A stretch of 64,000 bases of DNA. Source: Schmidtea polychroa. Its lineage: Eukaryota. The translations under genes and the position numbers were made by a program. This document shows, piece by piece, positions 39,157 through 48,698 of this stretch (position 1 is the stretch's first letter; every line of letters starts with the position of its first letter). The stretch lies in assembly GCA_044892525.1 (NCBI GenBank), contig CM097885.1:7938001-8002000 (forward strand), in the 5' to 3' direction. The notes below the pieces were generated by a model. It did not search any database, was not told the origin of the DNA, and saw only the letters and a list, made by a program, of their open reading frames with translations.

Positions 39157-39753
39157 ATGGAAGAAGTAAGAGAAGAAAAAATTTACCCAGAATTGAGATC
39201 ATCAGGATATTATTCTTCCAAGGCCTCGGCTCCCACAGAACTTGAAATTATGAGAGTAAAAGAATTTAAATCAGAAACCTTACATTTACAAGATTTATTA
39301 AAGCATTATAAAAAAATTAAAAATAGATGGAATAAAGGGAATACAGTTTTAAAAGTTATAGGTTATTCTTTAGGATTTGCATCTGCAATATTAACAGTTA
39401 TTTTACCCATAACTTTACCAGTTGTTACTCTTGCACCTGTAATACTTGGAAGTATTTCTGTGGCTGATGGTTTCTTAACTGAAATAGTTTCATTATCTTA
39501 TACTTCTAAAAAGAAAAGTTTATATAGAGAAGTTTGTTTATCAATAGAATTAGGAATCTCTAAATTATTTTTATTTCAATTAAAAGCTTTGGAAGATGGA
39601 ATCCTGACAGACGAAGAAATAATGAAATCAAATCAAATAATACAAGATATAAAGAATGAGGTTATAAGATTAAAAAGGGAGGGCATGGTGGCTAATGTTA
39701 TAAGTAATAAAAAAACATCTCGAGAAAAATGGTTAAAGAATTCTTACTTATAA
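39157..39753 (+). CDS. Polinton membrane protein (198 aa)
   Basis: N-terminal IYPEL..ASAP; central hydrophobic hairpin VIGYSLGFASAILTVILPITLPVVTLAPVILGSI; KALEDGILTDEE. Confidence 0.7.
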   Translation: MEEVREEKIYPELRSSGYYSSKASAPTELEIMRVKEFKSETLHLQDLLKHYKKIKNRWNKGNTVLKVIGYSLGFASAILTVILPITLPVVTLAPVILGSISVADGFLTEIVSLSYTSKKKSLYREVCLSIELGISKLFLFQLKALEDGILTDEEIMKSNQIIQDIKNEVIRLKREGMVANVISNKKTSREKWLKNSYL

Positions 39754-39843
39754 AATGGGTGTATTTTTAAAAAAGTAGATCAGGTTGCTATAGTTAAATT
39801 AATTGTCGACATTTTATTATTAAAAAATTAAATATCGTTGGTT

Positions 39844-42800
39844 TCAGTTATGGTTGAAAGCCAACCTATGAATCATTAATTTATGATCTTTAAATTCTTT
39901 ATCACTTAGACCTTTTATATATTCAGGATCAGTATTAAAATATTTAAGTTCTAAACATATAGGATTAAAAACTTGAGAATATAAAGGTTTCTCGATTTCT
40001 CTCTCGGGATAAATAATTTCAACATTATAAATATCAAGATCAGTAATCTTTGTATCATATAACTTATTCAACTTTTCTAGATTTTTTATTATAGGGATTA
40101 AATTATTTCCAATAGGTAGAGCTGTCTTTAAATCACTTAGTATGAATCTCTTATCATCATAATTTGATAATGATACTTTTTGAGATTCTATCAAGTGAAT
40201 ATCATGGTTTTCACTTTTAAGTTGATGTATTTCATCAATTTTATCTTTATGATTTGGATTCAATGTATCTATATAATCTTGATGAGAAAGATTCTTTGCC
40301 ACCACTCTCTGTATTCCTTTACATCTGTTATCCTTTACAGGTTTTTCTTCTTTAGGAAATATAGGATATCTATGTGTAATGGTTTCTTCTGTTTCTGGAG
40401 TTTTAAATATAAATGATCTAGTTATAAATTCAGGGTTTCTAAATGTTTCGTATGAATATTGTTTAGCACGAATAAATATTCCATTTTCTATAGGAGTAAA
40501 AGGTTTTTCATCTTTAAACGAAAATAGTTCTCCAGATGAATTTATTAAATTTGAAAGTATAGGATTTTCTTTCATATCTTTTTGTAAATCATGAGTTCTT
40601 ATTGTTAAAAACATTGAATCTGTATCCATTGCATGCATTGATATATTTGCTCCGTATATAGGTTGTAAGATGTTATAATATGTTTCATACATTTGTAATT
40701 TTGAAAGTTCTAAAATTGTAAACCCTATAAATATTGGTTTGTTATATGTTTTCTCATAATTTTTTAATTCTACTGCAGTAAGATTTTCAGAAAATACTTG
40801 TGCGTTTTTAAATGTAGGCTTTCCTAGCATGCGATTATAACGCTTAATATCTTTGGTAGTATTTGTTAGGAGTTCAATATGAGTATATTTATCAACATTC
40901 TCCATTGTTTTCCCAAAGACTGAATTGTTTAAAATTTTATAATTATTATCTTTAAAAAGATTACCTTCTCTTTTTGCAATGTTTCGGCACCTAATGTTCT
41001 CCTCGATAAAAGCTTTCATGAATGGAGCTTGTTTAAATCTTATGACACTATGAACTTTTTTTAATATCATTCCTCGTGAAAGATAAAATTGGAGGAGTCT
41101 ATAGTGACAAAGATAAAACCTTCGATCTGTTTGATCACAAAGAAGTTTCATTGTTGGAGGTTTATCTTGTGAGATTTGCCATTCAGAAAGTTCGTTGATA
41201 TCAATCTTTCTTCTTATGGGAGCTAAAGGAAAATATCTTGTTCCTGATTTTATATCATCTGGATAGTCGAGGTCGCATTCTATAAAGTAACCTATTGGAG
41301 AATCTTTCGATGTTGAAAGTATTTCTTTCATAAGGTCATCTGTTGGGTTCTCTATTTCAGTGAAATCACCCATTGGTAAAAATTGAGTCATAATTCCTGA
41401 ATATAAAGCTGTTGCATCTATATAAAGTATAAATATAGGATTTTTCATTGTTTCTAATAATTCTTTTAATTCCTCATTGTTAATTTTCATATATGGATCA
41501 TCAGGGTGTTTAGATAGTCTTCGGCTAGTAGTTATTGCATTTCTAGCTTTTATTTCTCTATTCCCCATTACTGAAGAGACTCCTCCTCTAATGTTTGTTT
41601 TAATTTGGTTAAACATATCGAGGTTAGTTAAAAGATCTATAATTTTATCACCTTCTTCTATATTTGAAGTCCAAATGGTATATAACATAGTATCCCAAGC
41701 TAAAGAGGGTGCAGTTATATAATTATAAGGTTTAAGAACAAAAGATTTTGTAAATTCTTCAAAGCAATCTGCTAGAATATAAACATCCAAGGATAAATAC
41801 ATACTTGTATATTCTCCTAAAGTTTTACACTTGAATAATTCCCACATTTTATTTGCTCGAGAATATTCTTGATTTGTAATATGATTTTTTTGAAGTTGTG
41901 AATAGAAATCTTCTTGGCTAGGAAGACTTGTTTCATTATATCTTTCAAACGAGTCAACATAGTCATAAGGATATATTCCTTTTGCTAAACATGTAGGATA
42001 TTCTTCTAGAGGAATATTATTTTTTTCCAAGAATTCTCGAGTGATTTTAAAATTTTCTGGTTTCATTGTTTTTGCTACTGCATCTAAAGACATTTGGAGA
42101 AAGTTTAACGAGTCTATAAATTTTAATTTTCCATATTCAATTGATTTATATTTTTCCTTTGTTAAGCCGATAACTTTGAAAGAGTTTTTAGCATTTTCTG
42201 CGAGGTGTTTAATAAATAGATGTATGTCATATCCAAAAAGATTATGAAATATAGCAGGTATAAATTTAGGAGTATGGCAATTAAGATTGCAATTTTTATG
42301 AGCTGCTCCTCGATAATTATTTTCCTTTATTAAATGATCATGATCTATAACTTTTTCATCAGGAAGAATATTCTGTTTACACATCCAACAGTTGGAAGTA
42401 TTTTCATATTCTTGTTGTTGTTGATTAGAAATATTTTGAGGATAGTTTGTTTTTAATATTTTAAATATTTCATGTTCTAGATCATTTATATTTTTAGTAA
42501 AATGATTCAAGACTTCTTCAGGGGTACCTCCTAGAATTGAATATTCTCTAGATTCTATGAGTTCAGGATAATTACTTTTAAATAATAATTTATAAGCAGA
42601 TGGTAATTGTTTAGTTTTTTTAACACTATTAGGTTTATTTCTTTTTCTTAGAAAGGCTTTCATCCTCTCTGGTTTCATCTTCTCTCCTGAGGAGTTCCAG
42701 GAATCCATGAGTTTATTTTTTTCTATTATTTTTAAATATTGTTTAACCAAATCTTGTTTACGATTTATAGATTCAAAGTCCCCATAAAGCACTCCTACTG

Positions 42801-44163
42801 TTTGTAGTAAATTTGAAAAGTTTTTAAAATACATCTTGGGATTATTAGGCATTTTAATTAAAGCTGGATCATCTTTTTCACAAAATCTTGTATGTTTAAT
42901 CATAGAGTTTTTAGTTGTTGAATAATGAAGACATCTTTTACATGTTCCTCCTCCACTAGTTGGATTCTCTGGAGATGTAAAAGCTTGAAAGTTTTTTATT
43001 AAAACATAATGTTGATTATTTTCTTGTTCCAAGATTAAAAGATATATCTCGTTGTCCTGTGCTCCGTTATCCTTGGTTCCACTATCTGAAATATAAATTG
43101 GAATAATTTCTTTCCCTATAACATGTTCATAAATATTAAGTTTAAGATTATTTAATTTTTCAAATTCTGGAATGTCTTCTAGTTTCATTGGGTGTTTGAA
43201 TCCTTTGGGAAATATTAATTCATTTTCATATTGTTTGTATTTTGAAACTCTTTGGGGATTTGTTGCTTGAGGATGTAAATGTGCAAGTATTGACCAGATG
43301 AAACATTTGTTATCATTATTCTGTACATTTATAACATTTTTAGATTTAAAGGGTGTAGGAATATAAGATTTAGGATTGGGTGGTAATCCTCTCCAATAAT
43401 CAATCACTAAAGTTTGGAAAGAGTTGAATACTAAGTTTGAATCTCCTAATTCATTTTCTACTTCCTCTTGTTTTGCTTCTGCTGCTTTAATTATTTCTTT
43501 GATGGTTTTATCAAATCCTTTAATTGAAAATAAATATTTAAAAGGTATTCCAATTTCAACATCTAAGGGTGTTGTCTTTTCTTCTGCTCCTCGCCAGTAT
43601 TTTGCTTTGATTATAATTTTATATTTTATAACATTATACCTTGTCGGTTTATAATTTTTTAAAGCTTCAGTGAAAGAATTTTTAATATTTTTTTTATTTT
43701 TATTTATATATTCTCCAGGAGTTGCAGGCCCATTAATTTTTAATTGAAATTCATCTATATGATTAAAATTATACCAGTTATATTTTTCTCTTTCAACATG
43801 ATCAGGTTCTCCTTCTGAATGACATTCCTCATCGTCAGAATTTTGTTTTTTATTTTTACATTCTTTTATATGTTCTAAATAATAGAAATTTAGTTTTGTT
43901 GAAAAGTTACAATGAGGACATGTAAATATTTCTCTATTTTTCCCGATACAATTTTCAAAATGTTTATTATATCCAGAATGTAGAAATCTTCCTTTACATT
44001 TAAGACAAAGTTTTGAATTTGTATCATTAAGATTATTTTCTTTTAATAAATGAGCTTTCGATTTTAAGTGAGAAATTAATCCAGTTTTATTTTTAAAAAC
44101 TTTATTGCAAATATTACAATTCATTTTTAGAAAAAAATTTTTTATTGGATACCCTGTTTTCAT
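39844..44163 (-). CDS. polB: Protein-primed family B DNA polymerase (1439 aa) with N-terminal Zn fingers, OTU-like domain and EndoVII-like insert
   Basis: Exonuclease motifs YGDFES, FHNLFGYD, KGIYPYDY and YLSLDV; polymerase motifs YIDATALY, KILNNSVFGK, MDTDS and KGI; OTU-like DNKCF...HY; insert CWMC...DHDH...RGAAH..CN. ORF uninterrupted. Confidence 0.95.
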   Translation of the reverse strand: MKTGYPIKNFFLKMNCNICNKVFKNKTGLISHLKSKAHLLKENNLNDTNSKLCLKCKGRFLHSGYNKHFENCIGKNREIFTCPHCNFSTKLNFYYLEHIKECKNKKQNSDDEECHSEGEPDHVEREKYNWYNFNHIDEFQLKINGPATPGEYINKNKKNIKNSFTEALKNYKPTRYNVIKYKIIIKAKYWRGAEEKTTPLDVEIGIPFKYLFSIKGFDKTIKEIIKAAEAKQEEVENELGDSNLVFNSFQTLVIDYWRGLPPNPKSYIPTPFKSKNVINVQNNDNKCFIWSILAHLHPQATNPQRVSKYKQYENELIFPKGFKHPMKLEDIPEFEKLNNLKLNIYEHVIGKEIIPIYISDSGTKDNGAQDNEIYLLILEQENNQHYVLIKNFQAFTSPENPTSGGGTCKRCLHYSTTKNSMIKHTRFCEKDDPALIKMPNNPKMYFKNFSNLLQTVGVLYGDFESINRKQDLVKQYLKIIEKNKLMDSWNSSGEKMKPERMKAFLRKRNKPNSVKKTKQLPSAYKLLFKSNYPELIESREYSILGGTPEEVLNHFTKNINDLEHEIFKILKTNYPQNISNQQQQEYENTSNCWMCKQNILPDEKVIDHDHLIKENNYRGAAHKNCNLNCHTPKFIPAIFHNLFGYDIHLFIKHLAENAKNSFKVIGLTKEKYKSIEYGKLKFIDSLNFLQMSLDAVAKTMKPENFKITREFLEKNNIPLEEYPTCLAKGIYPYDYVDSFERYNETSLPSQEDFYSQLQKNHITNQEYSRANKMWELFKCKTLGEYTSMYLSLDVYILADCFEEFTKSFVLKPYNYITAPSLAWDTMLYTIWTSNIEEGDKIIDLLTNLDMFNQIKTNIRGGVSSVMGNREIKARNAITTSRRLSKHPDDPYMKINNEELKELLETMKNPIFILYIDATALYSGIMTQFLPMGDFTEIENPTDDLMKEILSTSKDSPIGYFIECDLDYPDDIKSGTRYFPLAPIRRKIDINELSEWQISQDKPPTMKLLCDQTDRRFYLCHYRLLQFYLSRGMILKKVHSVIRFKQAPFMKAFIEENIRCRNIAKREGNLFKDNNYKILNNSVFGKTMENVDKYTHIELLTNTTKDIKRYNRMLGKPTFKNAQVFSENLTAVELKNYEKTYNKPIFIGFTILELSKLQMYETYYNILQPIYGANISMHAMDTDSMFLTIRTHDLQKDMKENPILSNLINSSGELFSFKDEKPFTPIENGIFIRAKQYSYETFRNPEFITRSFIFKTPETEETITHRYPIFPKEEKPVKDNRCKGIQRVVAKNLSHQDYIDTLNPNHKDKIDEIHQLKSENHDIHLIESQKVSLSNYDDKRFILSDLKTALPIGNNLIPIIKNLEKLNKLYDTKITDLDIYNVEIIYPEREIEKPLYSQVFNPICLELKYFNTDPEYIKGLSDKEFKDHKLMIHRLAFNHN

Positions 44164-44230
44164 TTTATTTTTTAAGATTTATATTATTCATTTTTTATAA
44201 TAAAAATTTAAAAAAATGACAAAAAATCCA

Positions 44231-44314
44231 AACTTTGATGGCGCAGTGGGCTAGACTGACACAGTGGTTCAAAATGCTAGCGGTTCAAATCACATCTGAG
44301 GTTAGTTTTTTTTT
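44231..44314 (+). ncRNA. Putative Pol III tRNA-like ncRNA unit, right TIR inner copy (type A)
   Basis: A box TGGCGCAGTGG at 44239-44249; B box GGTTCAAATC at 44282-44291; T9 at 44306-44314; 5' and 3' ends complementary. Confidence 0.6.
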
Positions 44315-44463
44315 CAACATAAAATAATATTAAAAATTTGAAAATAATATTGAAAATAGTGTGGGTATCTTATATTTATAAAGTACTTGTATATTTTATT
44401 TTATTTATTTTATTTTATTTTATTTTTTTATAAATTAAAAATTAAAAAAATGACAAAAATTCA

Positions 44464-44547
44464 AACTTTGATGGCGCAGTGGGAATAGACTGGCACAGTG
44501 GTTCAAATGGATAGTGGTTCAAATCACATCTGAGGTTAGTTTTTTTT
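44464..44547 (+). ncRNA. Putative Pol III tRNA-like ncRNA unit, right TIR outer copy (type B)
   Basis: A box at 44472-44482; B box at 44516-44525; T8 at 44540-44547; 233 bp downstream of the type A copy. Confidence 0.6.
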
Positions 44548-45489
44548 CAACATAAAATAATATTAAAAATTTGAAAATAATATTGAAAATAGTGTGGGTA
44601 TCTTATATTTATAAAGTACTTGTATATTTTATTTTATTTATTTTATTTTATTTTTTTTTTTTATTAATTAATTATTTTTTAAACATAAATATGAAAAACA
44701 AATATTGAAACGGGTGATGGTGGCGAACCGGTAATTATCGCCACCTGTCTTTCGAACACCCCCGGATCGATTCTTTAATGTGCACATTTATTTCTCAGTT
44801 GTTTTCGGACCTCTTTCGGATTCGCTTTCGAATTCATTTGTACTTTCGAGCAGCACACTTAAAACGCCGATGAAATCGTATTCGAGCGAGAAGCGAATAA
44901 TAAGGTGTGCTGCTATTATCGGATTGATTCTGATGTATGAGTCTGGCCAGCTTGTATATTGGAAGAGATTCGATAAACGAAAGAGGTTGATAAATAAAAA
45001 AAATGATCCGGATCAAAAAAAACTGTTGAGGGGACAGTGAAAAAAAAAAAAAATACCACTGTCCCCTCAGAGCAGTTTTACTATTTTTCATTTATTTTTT
45101 AATTTATATAATTTAAAATCAATAATCTGATAAAGATCAAATAGCCCTCTAACTTTTTCATAATGCCATTTTCTTTTCTATTCTCTTTTTAGTTTGAAGC
45201 TTTTGAGTTTGAGGCTTTAAAGATTAAAACAGTTAGAGTCATTAAGGGTGGTTGTTTTCAAAATATAGGGTTAAAATACTATAAAAGTATAAGTTTTAGG
45301 TTGTTTTTCTAATAGCTTAAGTGATTTGGAGGCATGTTTTTGTTGGGGGGCTGTTTTGGTTGGGTATATAACCACACTACTAGAAACCGAGACAGATTTC
45401 AAGGTTTCTTTTTCAAAATATTTTATTTAATTAATGTAAATTATCCAGAGGTTGATAAAGATATGATTTATTTATAGCCAAATATTAAT

Positions 45490-45712
45490 TATTGTATTTA
45501 TTGTAAAGCTTGACTATGAATCAGTAAATATATCGATGTTTTTTTTATATTTACGAATTTTGATCAAAATAACATGAAAAAGGCAGTGCCGAAAATTCGT
45601 GAATATAAAAAAAATATCGATATATTTATTGATTCAATGTCAAGCTTTATAATAAATACAATGTCATTTTAATAGAAATCAGTGGTGGAAATTGAAAAAA
45701 GTTCTTATAATA
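45490..45712. repeat. Palindrome-plus-tail dispersed repeat (other copies near 16680, 21690, 25812, 27558, 53385)
   Basis: ATTGTATTTATT..AAGCTTGACTATGAATCAGTAAATATATCGATG and its inverse, followed by the tail GAAATCAGTGGTG.AAATTGAA..AAGTTCTTATAA. Confidence 0.75.
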
Positions 45713-45779
45713 TTAATCATTATTTATATTACTTAAAAAGTAATTAAAAAGTAATATAACAAAGTAATATTATTGTGAA

Positions 45780-47296
45780 GCTGCTTACGAAAACCTCTTC
45801 AACATTGACACATGCAAGAAAGTTAGCCGCATGTCACCAAACACCATCGAAATGAAGATCAACAAAGTATGGAAACCCTTTGCTGTGGGAATTGGCCTCA
45901 ATAACAGATTAACCAAAAGCTTTGTTACAAAGAATTCCGATCTTCCAAACTTCTACTACCTTATAAGAACTCATAAAGACGGTCCTGTTATCAAAATTAG
46001 ACCAACAAGTAAAAAAAATGACTCCTTTCAAAAATATTAAAACTATTATTAGAAACTGTACCACATCAGCTGCAGAGCAGCAACTGCCTCATGTCAAGAA
46101 TAAATAAAAAAACTACTCACAGAGAATTCAAATACCCCTTCAGTCTTGATGTTGTATCACTATACACATCCATCGAACCAAAAGATGCTATTTAAATGTT
46201 TATAAAAGAAATGTAGAGAAAGCAACTTGTGATTAAAAGAAATGAATACCGCGAATATCATTAAACCTCTTACTGTTATCCTCGAGAAGACATATTTTAC
46301 CTTTGAATAAAATGTCTATGAACAAGTAAAAGGTCTTCCTATGGGGTCTAGTCTATCAGGATTGTCAGCAATCATTTTTATGGATAACCTCGAACGAAAA
46401 ACACTGGGGACCATACAATCCATTGGTTTCTACGCGGATATGTAGATATGATATCTTTATCTCGACAAAAACCAGAAAAGAAGCGGAGGAAATATTTCAT
46501 GCATTCAATGCGGCTCATTGAGATATTAAGTTTGAAATCGAATATCCGGAAGAAGATGAATTAATCAATCTACTGGATTTAAAAATTAAAATAGAATTAG
46601 ATACTCCAGCATTCGGGTTTTACAGAAAATCAACTCGCAAAAAAATATTTATGCACCAAAAATCAGCGCTTCAATACTTAAAGAAAGTACACGTTATAAA
46701 AAGCCAGAAACAAAGGATACCCAATCGATGTACTGAAGAAAACCAAAACTATAATCAACAAATAAATATCTAGGGAAATAACACAAAAAATGATAAAGAA
46801 ATATTTTTATCTGAATATCCTATTCATAAATTACATACTCGACTTCAAGATCCTAAAAGAACTGAAACGCACTGGCCTTCCAATTCGTATACCACATAAA
46901 TCTTGGACATTGAGAAAAGCTCTTGAAAAGAACACAAAAAAACAATTGCAAACGGAAAACTTTCAGACACCGAAAGATCTGTGCTTTCGAAAAAACATTG
47001 TCTATTGCATCACGTGCGATGTATAAAAGGAAATATACATTGGAAGTCCGCTCAGGACCTTGTACCAAAGAGTTAAAGAACATCTAGATCCTGGTGAAAA
47101 ATCCTCGGTATACAGATATCTCCAACAAAGTCAACCAAGGAATGAAAAAAAAATAATTTAATCAAAATCTTAGCGGCTAAGACTTAGCCAATGGAAACAT
47201 CACAAAAGATTTCAGATTTAAGGAAGCAATTCTCATAATAAACAGACGGCCAACTATCAACACTAAAGAAGAAATCAATGAAATCATCAGTTTTTA
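45780..47296 (+). mobile_element. Degenerate Penelope-like retroelement (RT + GIY-YIG)
   Basis: LPNFYYLIRTHK...IRP; FSLDVVSLYTSI; YEQVKGLPMGSSLS; LLDLKI; FYRKST; NIVYCITC...YIG...LYQRVKEH; many stops and frameshifts. Confidence 0.85.
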
Positions 47297-47878
47297 AAAA
47301 AATTAAATTAAAAATTAAAAATAATAATATAAGATAATATAGAAAAATAGATAAAATATAATTTTAGAAGATCATTAGTATTTAAAAATCAAAATAGAAA
47401 CATTTTTTAAAATATTTAAATTGCGTATATAAATAGTTATTGGAAACTATATTTTATACATATTTTAAGATAGTATTTAATAAATTAGGTTTCTACGAGC
47501 TAATTATAGAAGCTTTAAAAATTTTTAAATTTTTCCTTGTGAGTCGTTTTGAATTTTAAAGGATATTTAATTAAAACATCTTTAGAAATTTTATATTCTT
47601 CAGAAAAAAGTTTATTATTATTATTGACCAATGAGAAGTAAAAAAAGGAAATAAAAGAGAAAATTAAGGAGCTTTTTAGAAAATAAAAGAAGCTAAAATC
47701 CATGAAATTGAAAAGGAATATCTTATATTTGAATTTTTTTCATTTGTATTAAATATATTATTCCTAGCAAAGGGCTTAAATTATCATTTAATTGTTTGTA
47801 ATCATCAATTTATACTATAATTATCTCACTTGAATAAAATAAACAGTACAAGCTTTGTGATACCCAGTGCAAATCCCA

Positions 47879-47920
47879 ATAGTAAACTAGTTTCAAGCTT
47901 TTGGCTCTCATCAGTACAAT
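47879..47920 (-). ncRNA. Minimal hammerhead ribozyme motif (GUU triplet)
   Basis: Minus strand reads GUA-CUGAUGA-GAGC CAAAA GCUU-GAAAC UA GUU-UAC. Confidence 0.65.
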
Positions 47921-48305
47921 GCAGGAGACGCGAAGATTTCTCTTCGCGCCAGGTAAGTATACAATATTGCTGATTCAACTCTATTGCATACTTTCCCCGG
48001 TACACTGGAAATCACATCATTTGCAAATTAGCTTGGTCACAAAAAAATCTGTAAACTTGTAAGCATGGCCTATGAAAAATCATAATCACCTCTGCGGACT
48101 AAAAAATTAGTCGATACACAGAAACTGTTTACAAGTGCATCCAATTACTTTTAGTATTTTTAACTTATAAAATAATGTTATAACATTTTTTGTCGGATGT
48201 CTCACTTGAAATCTTCATGTCTCCTGCATAGTACTGATGAGAGCCAAAAGCTCGAATATCTACTATTGGGATTTGCACTGGGTATCACAAAGCTTGTAAT
48301 GTTCA

Positions 48306-48372
<67 letters not shown>

Positions 48373-48547
48373 CACAGAAATTGTTTACAAGTGCATTCGA
48401 TTACTTTTTTTTGTGACTTTTTTTTCTGTGACCAAGCTATTTTGCAAGCGATGTGATTTCCAGTGTACCGGGGAAAGTATGCAATAGAGTTGAATCAGCA
48501 ATATTGTATACTTACTTGGCGCGAAGAGAAATCTTCGTGTCTCCTGC

Positions 48548-48589
48548 ATTGTACTGATGAGAGCCAAAAGCTCGAAACTAGTCTACTAT
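48548..48589 (+). ncRNA. Minimal type I hammerhead ribozyme motif (GUC triplet)
   Basis: GUA-CUGAUGA-GAGC CAAAA GCUC-GAAAC UA GUC-UAC; palindromic ACUAGU helix III. A degenerate third copy lies at 48228-48266. Confidence 0.8.
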
Positions 48590-48624
48590 TGGGATTTGCA
48601 CTGGGTATCACAAAGCTTGTACTG

Positions 48625-48698
<74 letters not shown>

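Larger units (their letters stand above)
30309..45381. mobile_element. Polinton/Maverick (adintovirus-type endogenous virus), 15,073 bp
   Basis: Termini AGTAGTGTGG...CCACACTACT; 6-bp TSD AGAAAC at 30303-30308 and 45382-45387; long TIRs; intronless pPolB, integrase, ATPase, protease and two capsid genes. Confidence 0.97.
44206..45381 (-). repeat. Right terminal inverted repeat (~1176 bp)
   Basis: Reverse complement of 30309-31485. Confidence 0.95.

Noticed and set aside
40180..43654. Short + strand ORFs antisense to polB (also 34024-34383, 36579-36914, 38146-38466)
   Set aside because: Shadow ORFs of real genes.
44232..44303. Bona fide tRNA gene in the TIR
   Set aside because: The anticodon and T stems do not pair and the D stem is broken. 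Kept only as a tRNA-like Pol III unit.
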